Source: Salpingoeca rosetta | Taxonomy: Eukaryota; Protista; Choanoflagellata | NCBI GenBank assembly: GCA_033442325.1 | Contig: JAWQFM010000018.1 | Span: 512,617 to 576,616, forward strand | Reading direction: 5' to 3' | Length of the DNA: 64,000 bases | Part shown: in pieces, positions 43,821 to 64,000 of the stretch | Layout of the letters: the number at the start of each line of letters is the position of its first letter | Numbering within the stretch: the stretch's first letter is position 1 | Made by a program: the position numbers and the translations under genes | The notes under the pieces: model-generated | What the model was told of the DNA's origin: nothing | Seen by the model: only the letters and a program-made list of their open reading frames with translations | Database searches by the model: none

Positions 43821-43866
<46 letters not shown>

Positions 43867-44133
43867 TGTGTATTTGCTATGTGCGTGCGTGCGTGTGTGT
43901 GTGTGTGTGATCTGCTCGCGTTATGAGCGGTTCAAGTTCTTTATGCGATGCCAGACGCGGCTTTCTGAGAGAGTTGGAGACAGAAAAGAGAGCCTTCAGA
44001 ACATTACAACCAAGACACGGCAACAGGAGAATTGTCACACATTACGATAGCGAGGAAGTGGAAGAAGCATGGAGAAACATGAAGATAAACACCAAGGCCG
44101 TACATGTGTATATATGTGTGTGTATTTGTGGAT

Positions 44134-48965
<4,832 letters not shown>

Positions 48966-49120
48966 GCTATGCTTGTTCGTGGGTGCGCTTGGTAGTTGTT
49001 GTTGAGGTGGTCAAAGTCGAAGGTGTGTGTCGTCGTCTTGTTGTGTGTTGTGGTGTTTGCTTGTTCCCGTCGTTATTTTCGTGTGAAATTTGAAATTCCT
49101 GCTGACTCAGCACAGGCAAT

Positions 49121-51948
<2,828 letters not shown>

Positions 51949-52435
51949 TCATGGCCACGGCCGCCACCATCGTCGTCATGTTCAAGTGTTGCTGGGATGG
52001 GCGAAGCAACGTCAGCCGTGTGTCTGATATGATGACACCAACGATAACCTGGTGATTGGTTGTGTGTGCCGTTTCACACCAACGAAGCCACATATGCCAA
52101 CGCCACATCATTTCTGTCGATGTTTCGACAATTCAACATCCCATCAACACGTGTCTGTGCTCGCAAGCATGCTCCATTGATATTCCTCTCCAACACAACT
52201 GCAGCATTTTACCGACGTTGTGCCAATAAACCCTCACGCACACAAACGTGACTCAGCTATGGTACCAACTTCAACAGCAGCAACCAAACAGAACATCCGT
52301 CCCTTCACACGTACACACACACATCACACACACGTACACACATCACACAACACACACACACACAACACACATCACACAACACATACACAACACACACACA
52401 ACACACACACAGCGCTCAACCATACACATCATCGA

Positions 52436-55400
52436 TCATTCCTGGTCGTCTGCATCGCCCTCCTGCCCCTGCTCCTGGCGCTCCTCCTGCATCCACTGGC
52501 GCCACTGCTTGAGTCGCCGTCGTGCTGCCGCCGTCTGCTTGTTGTCCTCTCCAAGCGCAGCTGTGCGAATGGCCACCGCTTGCTCCAGCACACCGCCCGC
52601 GTCCCTCCAGTGCGGCGAGTGCATGAGGCACTCTGCCTTCTGGAAGAGCGACGACGCGTAGAACGGGTGCTTGCGGCCCAGTGTTCCGGCGCGGATGGCG
52701 ATGCTGCGCTCAAACCACTGCAGCGCTCGCTCCTCCAAAGCCTCCATCGTGTTCAATGACTCCAGCCCAATCGCAGACGACGTGTTGCGGGACACGGGCC
52801 CGCTCCCGGTCCCTGTTGCCGTCGCTGTAGCTGATGACGATGGTGATGCTGACGATGGTGATGTTGATGCTGGGTGTCGCGCTGGCGATGGCGACAGCGT
52901 GGTTTTGTCGCTGCGAGCGTGCTGCTGGCGTTGACCGCGGCCGCGACTGGCACTGTGGTACCGCTCATCGGGGCTGCGAAGCACCGTGCGCTTGCCTGTG
53001 ACTTGCAGCCACCCACCACCATCATCATCGTCACCACCACCACCACCACTACCGGTACCGTTGTGGTGTTTCCTGTTGCCCTGGTGGTCCTTCTTCGCTC
53101 CACCACGACCACGGTCACGACCACGACCACTTTCATTGCTTCCATTTTCATCGGCTTGCTTCTTCTCCCGCCGCATGCGCCGCTTCAGCATCTGCATCTT
53201 GCGCACGCACAGCGAGCCAATGTCCCCGCACACGGTGGCGACCGAGGGGTGCTTCTTGCCAAACATGGCCTCGTGTGCCTGTATGGAGCAGTCGTACAGC
53301 TGCTCAGCGACATCGTGCTGGTTGAGAGACGTGATGGCAACAGCGAGGCGGTTGATGAGTGCCGGCAGGTAGTGGTCCAGCACACCGAGCGCGCTGCCCT
53401 CCGCACAGCACTTGCGAATGGCTGCAAACAGCTGCATCCAGTCTGCGCCCAGGTGGTGATCGGGCGTCACCTCCACCTCCAGCGCGTCCCTCTCGCGCAA
53501 CCGCTGCGTCTTGGCGAAGATGCCGTGTTTCAGCAGCGCAACAGCCCCGTCCGCGTGCTTGTACTTCTTGCGCACAATGGCCAGCCACGCAAGGTCGCCC
53601 AGCACATCAGACGTCGCCTTGTGGTTCACGCCCTGCAGCAGCAGCCGCAGCCGCAGCGACGCGCGAAACAGCATGATGGCCTGCATGCTCTCGCTCTTGT
53701 GCATGAGCAGGCGGGCGAGACGGTCGACCACACTCGCTGCCGTCATCAGCAGTGCCTCCTCCGTGTCTGTGCCGTACTCCTCAAACAGCTGCGTTGTCGC
53801 CGCCTGGATTGAGTTGCGGTCGTGCAGGCTCTCCCTCGGTCGCTTCGTGCCGGTCGCCTCCGCTGCACTGGCCGCAGACGTGACCTCTGTTGCTGGCGTT
53901 GCTGCTGTTGTTGGTGTTGTCGTTGTTGATGTTGCTGTTGATGCCATCGTTGTTGTTGTGGTGGAGTGCGGGGCTTGCTTTGGTGCTGATCCACCGTCAC
54001 TACTGCTGCTAGCATCGACATCATCACGGCCTGACTTGGCGTGCTGTTGGTGTTGGTGTTCGCTCCGCTTGACAATGTCGGTTAGGGACGATGATGATGG
54101 CGGCGGTAGCGGTGTGTTGGTTAACTTTGACAGCGCAGGTGGTGCCTGACCCTTGTGGGCAGCACGACCACCGCCCCTGCCACCTTTGCCACTGGTGGTG
54201 CTTGAGAACACGCGCAGCAGTGGCATCAGGCTGCGGTCGTGTCGCAGCTTCGACGATGACGATGATGATGATGATGACGACGATGATGATGATGATGAAG
54301 ACAACGGTTTGCCGTGACTGTCACCGGTATCGCCACCGCCTTCGTTCTCCTGCTCCATTCGCGCCTGCAGCGCGTCAATGCGCGCGTTGAGTGCGTCCAC
54401 CATCGACTTGACGGACTTTGACGCCGCCATGAGCATGGGCTGCATGCCATACAGACACGTGGCCAGCGCCCACACAAACAGCCGCTGCGCGTCCGTGTAC
54501 TCTGCCCACTCGTGCAGGCAGCGGGCGACGGCGGCGATTTCAAACGCCGCAATCACGCGCCGTTTGGTTGTGTCCTCAAGGGTGGCGCTAGCGTCCTGTG
54601 ACAGTGCACGTGCAAGATACGCGCGACGCGGCAGTGGCCGCGACGACGACGACGATGATGATGGTGATTGGGGTGCTGGGGATGTGGCTGGTCGGTGAGG
54701 GGTGGTGGCACCAGCAGCACTGGCAGCGGTTGTTGCTCCTGCTGCTGTGCCTGGTGGGTCGGACACGTGTGCACCTGCGATGGCGTTGCTTCGCCGGGCC
54801 ATGCTGGTGGTGGCGCCGCGAGCGAGGAGGTTCATGCGGCCCTCCAGCATGCGCTTGTAGCGGTCGCACGCCTGGTCCGTGCCCATCTGCCGCCAGAAGA
54901 AGGACAGCTCCAGCCGCGAGAAGTCTGACGCAATCATGGTGCTGAAGACGGTGTAGGTGGACAGAAAGTCCGCCAGCGTGGCCGTGGCGCGGAGGGCGAG
55001 CAGGTGGTGTGGCAGCTCCTCGTGCTTACGCGCGTTGTCGTCCGGCAGCTGCGAGAAGAATGCGGCGAGCGTGGCGTGGGCGTACGCGGGCGGGTGGCGC
55101 TTCATGAACGTTGCGTCGATGGACCGCTCAATGGAGGAGTGGGAGAAGATGAGCAGGCCAGACTGCGATTGCACAATCTCCTCCAACGCGTGGAGGAAAT
55201 GGCCAACGCGCGCCCGCTCGACGCCCAGCAGCGCCAGGAGCTCCGCCTCCTGTAGTCCTTGCCGTGACGCTCGCAGCAGGATGAGCGCGGCCTCTACCAG
55301 GTTCCAGCGGACACTGGACGGCGGCGCCGGTTCGCCGGGGAGGGGCACAAACGTCCACTGTTTGGGGGCAGCGAGGCGCGCAAAGGACTCTTCCCAGCGG

Positions 55401-55493
55401 GCAAATGTCACGCCCAGCAGCTCATGGATGTCTTTGGCAGCGAGAAGCGTGTCAATCTGCTCATCCAACCGGTTGAACGACCCTGCACCAGTG

Positions 55494-55567
<74 letters not shown>

Positions 55568-56258
55568 GGAAGAGACGAGGTGTTTGTGTGAGCATTATTG
55601 AGAGTGAACCTGAACACGGCTTGATGAACAAAGCACCTCGTCCTCGCTCCTCGCTCCTTCTCTTCCTCCCTCCAGTCCCACTGCACTCATCCACCCCCCC
55701 CCCACTCCCCCTCTCCACCTCCTTCGTACCGATGATTCGGAGTTCGTCGAGCAGCAGCGTCAAGTGCATCGGAGTTGACACGTGCGACGCCTCAATCAGC
55801 TGGCACCAACGCGACATGGTGTGTAGTGAAGCAAGATCAGAGGAGGAGGGGGAGGAGGAGGTGGTGGTGGTGGTAGTGGTAGTGGTGGTGATAGTGGGAA
55901 ATAAACACACGAAGGCACATGTGAGTATGTCATGTCACTGCAGCGTGAAAGCACATTCATGAAACCTTATCACTCACAGTACACAACAACAAAACACACA
56001 CACACAGACACACGCACATGAACTGCAGTTATCCCGCACCTTGTTGCGCTGGGCCTGTGCCATGTCCTTGCCGTAAGTGGAGAGGTACGATGCGATAAGC
56101 AGTTCGCGTTGGCGTGCGTCCATTGTCGGCACCTCCAGCACGGCATGCGACCACGCCACCTCGCTCGTCGCCGTCGCAATCACACGGAAGTTCTCCGGCC
56201 ACACCTGATTGCGTGTGTGTGTGTGTGTGTGTGTAAGGTGTGTGTGTGTGTGTGTGTA

Positions 56259-56353
<95 letters not shown>

Positions 56354-57691
56354 CATGTGGCTGACTCAGCGGATAAATCAAACCAAATACTGTACATGAC
56401 CCCTTAGCTGTAGTGGTACCTGTGGGAGCCAGTGGAGGGAGGTGGCACGATCAACCTGCTGCAGCTGATTCAGCGCATCGAGCACAATGTACACCGTCTG
56501 GGAGGAGAGGGTGGTTCGTGGGGGTGGGAGGGAAGAGGAAGCGAGAGGCAGAAGAGAAGAAGAGAGGGAAAAGCGTTAGAGTAGAAGAACAAAGGGCATC
56601 AAGCAAGCAGCGTGAATAACGTTGCTGTGATGGACAAACAAGCACGCACCAAGCAAACGCAGCAAGCAAAGTACAAAAGAAAACAAACACAGCAAGCAAA
56701 GCAAAGCAAGCAAACACAAATACACGCACACGCACACACACACACGCACACGCACACACACACACACACAAACACCCACCTGTCCCTTGAGAGCCTCTGA
56801 AGCGGCTGCAAGCCAGGATGGGAGGGCCTCCATCATCTTGTTGGGGCTGTGGGGCATGTCCTGTGTCACAGCACCGCCGGCCCACACGCGCAGGCGGTGA
56901 AGCAGCCGCTGCAGCACGTTGATGTAGTGTCCACTGCACCCGTGAACAAGGCAGGGCGGGGTATGGTGAGTGTGTGACATTGCGCGAATGAGCCGGGCAG
57001 ATGTGTGGGCATACAAGCACGAAGACAAGCAAGCAACCAGGCAGGCGGGCAGGCGGGCAAGTGGACGTACACACGGACACACACACACACACAAAAAAAA
57101 AAAAAAAACAACAAAAAAAAAAAAAAGACACACACATAATCAAACACACACACACCATACGCACACACCTCTGCGTGGTTTGGCCGATAAAGTGGAAGTG
57201 GCATCGGGTGTCTTTGCGGCGGGAGAGGTCGTGCACGATATGGGACATGAGCGACGACTTGCCAGCGCCCGACGGTCCGCGCACGAGCACGGGCTGTTCG
57301 TCGGCGGTGGCGAGCACGCGTTGCACAAACGTCTGCAGCGGTGGCGTCAGCACGAAGGTGGCAAGTCGCGCCCGCCCAAACGCGGCGTGGGAGAAATCCT
57401 CCTCCTCAAACTGGTCGCTGAACACGTGCAGTGGGAAGTCGCGCTCCACAATCGCCAGCAGGTCGTTCAGGATCGTGTCGGCAACAGCGTCTGGGTCGGT
57501 GTAGTGGCGCGTGGTGACGCCCTCGGTGTGGTCGATAATGGTCTTGAGGGTGGTCATGGCGTCGGCGTTGTTGCTGGCGGCGCTCTGCTCGCACTCCTTG
57601 CGCACGTGTGCAGGGAGGCAGTCGTCGCTGTCGCGGATATAAAACAGCGCCCGGCGCTGGTCCACCGGCTGCCGCAGCACACCGGCCTGGA

Positions 57692-57767
<76 letters not shown>

Positions 57768-58762
57768 GTGTGTGTGTGTGTGTGTGTGTGTGTGACGTGG
57801 TTGCGGGAGTTCGTCAGTGAGCATGCACAGAGGGTGAGTAAGATTGTGTATGAGCAATCACATGTGAGGGCAAGCGTGGCTCCCTCGATGCTTGGTGGCA
57901 CATCTTCGTCACTGAGCCTGTGTGTAGTACCTCGAGGTGGGTGATGCTGTTTCCTGCATGCTCCGGCATCCATGACAGGTCGAAGTTGGACACAGCAGCG
58001 GCCTGCTCCAGCTCATCCTGTAGTGTTGTGGAATTGACGTGTGTCAGACACAAGCTGTTGTGTAGGAGGTGCAGCACAAGATCGTGCGACTGCTAAGGCA
58101 CACAAGGCAGGAGGATGCAATACCAATACACAGAACACAAAGCACACATCACACGCAATTTTGTGCACAGCGCACAGCATTGTACAACGCAAACAGTAAA
58201 CACGCCAAAACATACCACACAAAGTTGTCCAGCACACAAACGACACACGCGTCAGTGTTGGTGATTACCTTGGTGGGGCACCATCCGTAGCGTGAGCCAA
58301 GGAAGCAGATGAAGTAAGGCGTGCACTGGAGCACCTCGCTGACGCAGGTGTCAATGACATCGGGCCCCGATGCATCTGCCTTTACGCCCCACCGCAAATC
58401 AACCTCATTCAGGATCAGCCCTCTTGCCTCGCACACACGCCTCAGCTTCGGAAAGACCTGCACAGTCCATATTCATGTGAGTGTGAGCCACAGCGCGACA
58501 TGAGAGGCAAACCGAACAACAAGGTGTAAAACCCCACGCATCACGACTCAAACCACGCGCATGGTTTCCACACACACACACACACACACACGCACACACA
58601 CACACACACACACTGTTTCCACTGGACCTTCTCGTGCAGGATTTTGCGCTCTGTTTGAAAGTCGAGGAAGGACGAAGACACAAAGAGCCTGAACGTGCGT
58701 GTGGACGCCAGCTCCCCGACCACACACTCAATCGACAGCGCCGTCGCAAAGAACGACGGCAT
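52436..58762 (-). CDS. DUF4062 + STAND (NACHT-like) NTPase + TPR protein (NPHP3/TEP1/TTC41-like architecture)
   Basis: FRLFVSSSFLDFQTER, VDLRWGV, FICFLGSRYGW (DUF4062); Walker A VRGPSGAGKSSLM; Walker B VYIVLDALNQL; kinesin-light-chain-type TPRs (FGKKHPSVAT, LGRKHPFYASSL). Confidence 0.85.
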
Positions 58763-58986
58763 CGTGGTTTGGTTTGGTTGTGAGGCGCCTTGTTGGCTGC
58801 TGATAAGGCGTGTTGGCGATTGGTGAAAGTTTTCGCTTATCTTTCGGTTCCAGTAAGAGCTTCAAGGAAGCGTCGCGATACTGCCTTTTTGCCATTCCAT
58901 GCACACTTTCGCTGTCCTCCCTCAAGCCAAGCCACAAGCCACAAGTCACAAGCACCAAACAGCTTGTTCAACGAAGCACAGCGACG

Positions 58987-59349
58987 ATGAACTTGGACGT
59001 GCTGGATGATGATGGGGTGGTGCTGGCCTCCGTGGCAGCCTGCCCGCCTCCATCACCTCGTCGCTTCCTCTCCTCCTCCAGTATACAAGCCCCGGTGAGG
59101 AAGGAATGGTGGTGGGGGTGGAGAAAGGAGGGGGGCTCAGATGCTGGTGGTGTGAGAGTGTGTGTGCTGGCGTTTGAAACGGTGTGTGTGTGTATTGAGT
59201 TGTTTCTCCCCCTTGGTTCTGCTTGTTGACAGGTGAAGCGATTGGAGCCCAGGGAGCAGGTGCGCGTGGTGCTGCAGCGGCAAGTCACGTTCGGGCTCTC
59301 TCTCAGTGGACCTGCTGATGAAGTTCATCCAACTGCCTTCAACCTCGGT

Positions 59350-59423
<74 letters not shown>

Positions 59424-61733
59424 CTGTGTCTATCTGCATGGTGCATTCCTTTCTCTCTGTCTATGTGTCTGTCAATGTGTGTTGAGATGCGACCTCAGCA
59501 ATCACTGCCATGTGACGCTTCAATCTCTCCAATTTCCACACGACTTCAGGCGTGTATGTGAAAGGGGTGGAGGCAAAGTCGCCGGCAGCTGAAAGCGGGA
59601 AGCTGTGTGCCGGTGTTCGGCTTCTCTCCCTCAACGGCGTAGACGTCTCCGACGCCTGCATGCCCGACTGCGGCCGCATTGTGAGTGCGCACCTGCCAAC
59701 AAGCAGGAGCGAAGGGCGACGTGTGCACCGTGCATACATGCCTGCAATGGTGGCAAACATGCGCTTCTTGGTGTCTCATGTCATTCTACTCACTCCCCAG
59801 CTCTCTGTTCCACCGTTGTGTGCACACATGCATACGCAGATGAAGCAGGCCCATGACACGCTGGAGGTTGTCGGTGTGTATGACCCCTATGGATACAAGA
59901 GCCACGATGCGGGCAACCTCCTTCGCAAGGTGACTGCGTGCGTGTGTGTGTGGTGTGTGTGTGTGTGGTGTGTGTATTTGACTGCTCCGTGTGTGTGTGT
60001 GCTTGATTGTGTGCACGATGCTCCTCCACTCTGTGTATTACACGCGTTGGAGTGAAGCCATCTCAAGATCTCACGTTGCATGGTGTTGCCATGTGCTGTA
60101 GGAGGTGATTCGTCGCTTGGAAATGTGCTCGCGCGAACAGGTATGAGTGTGCGCATACAAACGTGTGCGCATGCAAGCGTGTGCGCATGCAAGCGTGTGC
60201 GTGCGTGCTTGCAGGCAAAACCAATGCACTCATTTCTCATACATCACGTCTCCATTGCTTGACCTTCCACAGTCCAAACAGCTCGGCAAGGCATACCACC
60301 TAGGGTGCATTGATCTTGAAGGTATGAAAAGATGCTAAAACCAAGCGTAGCGCTCGTGTTTACAAAACCACAACGTGTCGTTGCATTGTTGCTGCTCTTG
60401 TACTTTGTCGCCATCTGCAAGAGTGCAGAGCGAAAACCTGCACAAACAAGACATCTTGCCTCCTTGTTGTAACTGCGCAAGCAACCCACCCCCTGCTTCT
60501 GTCTCCCTGTAAGCACTTCACCGCATCTTACACTACCTCCCACTCACGTGTGCACCGCCATGATTGCCCCGTCCCCCTTTCTTCTTTTCTTCCCCCCAAG
60601 ATCGACGTGGGCCGACTGTGGATGCCGCCGTGGGAGCGCTGGTCGCGTTCCCGGAGACGAAAGCGCAGGAGGTCGCCATCTCCCTCTCGGACCTGGCCCT
60701 CGAACTGGTATGGCAGACAGTCAGGCAGTCAGAAAAAGAGAGAGAGAGAGAGCGACACGCAGCAAGGATTGTGGTCGCGTCGCAGCGGTGTGCGTTTTGG
60801 TTCCTTTGTCCTTTCGCCATAGCGGTGCTCATCGCTCCCCTTCTCGTCCTGGTTGACACACGCGGCATGATACACCAAGATGCACACGCGCCGGAAGAGC
60901 GACGCCACAGCGACGGCGCCTCTCATGACACGGTCCTCCCTGGCCTATGGTGGAGCCATCACCATCCACGACATTTCAAACGTCTGGCTCCTCGGCAGGA
61001 AGAGCGTCGTCATCGGTGCGTCACCACCACCACCACCCAGCACAACACAACGCACAAGAGAAGAACAGACGGAAGAGACGGAAGAGACGGAAGAGACGGA
61101 AGAGATGAAGAGCTTGCAGCGGACTGGGTGTGAGCATTCGCGCGTACACACTCGGTGCGCGGCGCGCACTGTCTCAATCACAAGCAAACCAACAAATAGC
61201 GCCCACTCCCTTCATTCACTTTTTGTTCGCACATCCTCCACCTCTATTCTCTTCATGTCGTCGCAGTTGCGCGATCGATTGAGGGCGGGAACAGCAACCA
61301 CGGCGCCAGTGATGACGCACATGCGGAGATGCCGTGTGCAACATACGGCTGTCACGTCATCAAGTGCCGCAAGGCCAAGCACGTGGGTGGAAGCACCACT
61401 GAAACACTGAAAATGCAGTGCTCAAGAGTAGTGGAGGAGGAGGTGGTGGAGGAGGAGGAGGAGGAGTGTGGTCCGTGTGCTTCAGTGGTGAGAGCGTGAA
61501 CGCGCTGTTGTGCTGTGATAGCTTGTGGAGATTGTAGTGCTCATGCGCCCCTCTCAAATCACATCACCTCCCCTCTCACCTTACTTCCGTCACCCCCCAC
61601 CCACTTCCACATCACCACTTCACCCACACGGGACCTCTCGCAGGCTGTGGAGCTGAAGAACACCCTGCAGGCGGCGTGCCGCGCACATGTGCAGATGGTA
61701 CAGAGGGTGTTTGCATTCGACCTGGAAGTCTGA
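58987..61733 (+). CDS. PDZ + putative PTB domain adaptor
   Basis: PDZ: FGLSLSG, GVYVKGVEAKSPAAESGKLCAGVRLLSLNGVDV. PTB-like: AYHLGCIDL, EVAISLSDLALEL, ITIHDISNV, AVELKNTLQAAC. Confidence 0.65.
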
Positions 61734-62139
61734 CCCGCCATCCAAGCCATTGCAGCATTGCTTCACGTCATATCTTGTGCCTCTGTTACCCCTGTTTGGC
61801 ACAGAAGAACGAACTGGCACTCACTTGCACACAAGAGGAAGCAGCTGCGTCCTGTGAATTCCGTGAGCTCTTCCTTGCTGCTCATCTGTGCTTACGCTTC
61901 TCGCCTTCCCCCTCCCCCTAGCCGAACTGTCGCTTCTTGTGGTCTTGTTTAAGCGTGGTGTAACGAATCGTGTCGATGGTTGTGCTTCATACAACGACAG
62001 TGTCAAAATAAAGATACCAATCACATCCAGCAGACACATAGGGTAACAACAAGTGGACCCAAACAAATGGCGTCACCCAGCACAAACAGCGAGCAGCGAA
62101 GAGAGAGCGCGCACACACATAAACACACACACACACACA

Positions 62140-62230
62140 CACACTGGCATCCACACACACACATAACACACACACTGGCATCCACACACACACATAACAC
62201 ACACACTGGCATCCACACACACATAAACAC
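62140..62230. repeat. ~28-bp tandem repeat (CACACTGGCATCCACACACACACATAA-like) x3
   Basis: Directly visible between converging 3' ends. Confidence 0.75.
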
Positions 62231-62263
62231 ACACACACACACACACACGCACGTATGCTGGCT

Positions 62264-62806
62264 CTATTCGCGCTCATCTGCCTCCGGGATGCGGATGTCA
62301 ATGTTGTAGGTGTTGCCCTGCCAAGAAAAGAGGGTGGCGTCAGACCCAAACACCATGCGCCGGCTGAGCTTGATGGCCAGCGGTGATGCCACGAGATACA
62401 GCTCCTTGCCGTCCGGCGATGGGTGATACAAGCGCGCCGTCTCTGTCATGCACAGCTTGTCTGGTTCGAAAGGCCGCCGCAGGTTGCCAGCGTACACGAG
62501 TTCCCAGGGCTCGTCGCTCGCCTGGCCAGTGCCCGTGGCTGTTTCAGAGGAACCAGGGTTGGCGTCGCCTTGCTCGGCGCTCTTGATGTACTGGTCCAAC
62601 TGGTCCTTATCAGAGACGAGGGAGCCATGCGGCGGCAGCAACGTGTGGTACACCAGCGGCGTGTCGTCGCAGCGCAGAAAGTTGAACTCTCGGCCACACC
62701 GTGATAAGAAAGGAAACTCCTCCTCATACCGCCCAGTCGTATTGGGTTCCACCCGTTTGAAGAAGAAGTCCAGGAATGGCTTGTCTGCGATAGTGTGTGT
62801 GCATGC

Positions 62807-62876
<70 letters not shown>

Positions 62877-63356
62877 CAAGGATGGTCAAGAGGCACAACC
62901 AACGAGTGTAACAATATACAAGCAACATTGCACGCTTCCCCCTGCACCCCGTTCGCACGCACCAGGAATGCACACACACACGCATACACACACATACACG
63001 CATATGCACGCGTATGGCTCACCTTTGAGGCAGGATGTAAAGTTCTTCATCATGCTGTCGTCAAGGAAGAGAAAGCCGTTGTGATCAATGTAGTAGAAGT
63101 ACTCGCGTCGGCCTTTCACCGTCTGCCCTTGCGTGTAGTTCAAGGAACTGCGGTTCACCCTCGAACTGGCCGCCGTCGTCGCTGATGCTGCATCTGTTGC
63201 ACGTGCTGCTTGACCTGTAGTGTTCGATGAGCCTGATGCACTGCTTGCAGCGCGATAACAGGCAACTCGCGAAGCAGCAGCAGCAGTGGTAGCAGCGGCG
63301 GCGGCAGCGGCAGCGGCAAGTGTCGTTGGCCGCAACCCAGCCAACCTCATCATCAT
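62264..63356 (-). CDS. C8orf82: UPF0598 / C8orf82-like protein with presequence
   Basis: YTQGQ...REYFYYIDHNGFLFLDDSMMKNFTSCLK|DKPFLDFFFKR...GRYEEEFPFLSRCGREFNFLRCDDTPLVY. Confidence 0.9.
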
Positions 63357-63466
63357 CAAGTTCTGCTGTGCGTTCCGTTACTGACTTTTATGGTGTCGGT
63401 TACGAAAAGACAAGTCGCCAAAGCTTCCAGCAGCCACTCCACCATCACCTCGATCACCCATCACAA

Positions 63467-63729
63467 TCACCCACCACCCTCCTCCTGCCCTCGACCACCG
63501 CCGCCACTGTTTCCGGCCGCAGGGCGCTTCTGTGCGAGGGCGTGCAGGCGCTGCTGTGCGCGCTGGAGGGCCATGAGCTGCTGCAGTGGGTCCTGCGAGC
63601 CGGCCTGCCAGTCCACGTGCGATCGTCGTTGGCGTCGGGGCTGCTCGTCCCTGTGTCGCTGAGATTGGGGTGTGGGTTTGCCGGATGCCGACAAAGACGA
63701 GGACGCAGATGGTGTGCGATCACGTGGCG

Positions 63730-63773
<44 letters not shown>

Positions 63774-64000
63774 GCTCGCTGCTGTGTACCTGTAGTGCCG
63801 ATGTCCACATCACGGGCATCAACGCCAACACCAACACTGGTACCACTCGTCTCCCTCATGCCGCCAGCAGCCTGTCCTGCAGACGACGCTCGCTGCTGTC
63901 TTTCCTCACCTGCGTTATCATCATCACTATCATCATCATCATCATCATCACCATCACCATCATCATCATCGTTGTGATCGCCGTTATAAACACGTGTCCG
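63467..64000 (-). CDS. 3' end of an unknown low-complexity protein continuing beyond the window
   Basis: Open frame with poly-D and poly-Q tracts, ending QEEGGG*. Confidence 0.5.

Noticed and set aside
61066-61110. GACGGAAGA tandem repeats, and 12-bp repeats at ~14785-14840, as CRISPR-like arrays
   Set aside because: Short intronic tandem repeats with no unique spacers and no cas genes, in a eukaryotic context.

Overview
Intron-rich, GC-rich eukaryotic DNA full of (CA)n/(TG)n microsatellites, with four N-gaps. Gene content and style suggest a choanoflagellate such as Salpingoeca rosetta (inference; no search run). Most ORF-track entries are microsatellite noise, so I rebuilt genes by hand from GT-AG exons; family calls come from recalled motifs. 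About 18 protein genes, many in head-to-head pairs: a truncated mitochondrial phosphagen kinase, Sds3-like, GPATCH4, Rrp41/EXOSC4, IQCB1/NPHP5, uL24m, a divergent transportin-like HEAT protein, a DHHC palmitoyltransferase, an ALKBH7-like dioxygenase, a bacterial-type YjjX ITP/XTPase, an intronless coiled-coil pseudo-PLD, a CEP295/Ana1-like protein, threonine aldolase, katanin p60, OTUD6B, a DUF4062-STAND-TPR protein, a PDZ-PTB adaptor, C8orf82-like, plus two partial gene ends. Two RNA genes are absent from the ORF track: a tRNA-Met(CAU) with an initiator body but an elongator-type anticodon stem, and a U3 snoRNA. Best leads: the hybrid tRNA-Met; a recurrent promoter palindrome ACTGAATTCAGT (4 copies at 3 promoters); introns with 5' (TG)n and 3' (CA)n tracts that could pair; the dead PLD; the STAND receptor-like gene; and a CA-repeat junction that duplicates ~0.75 kb at the window start.
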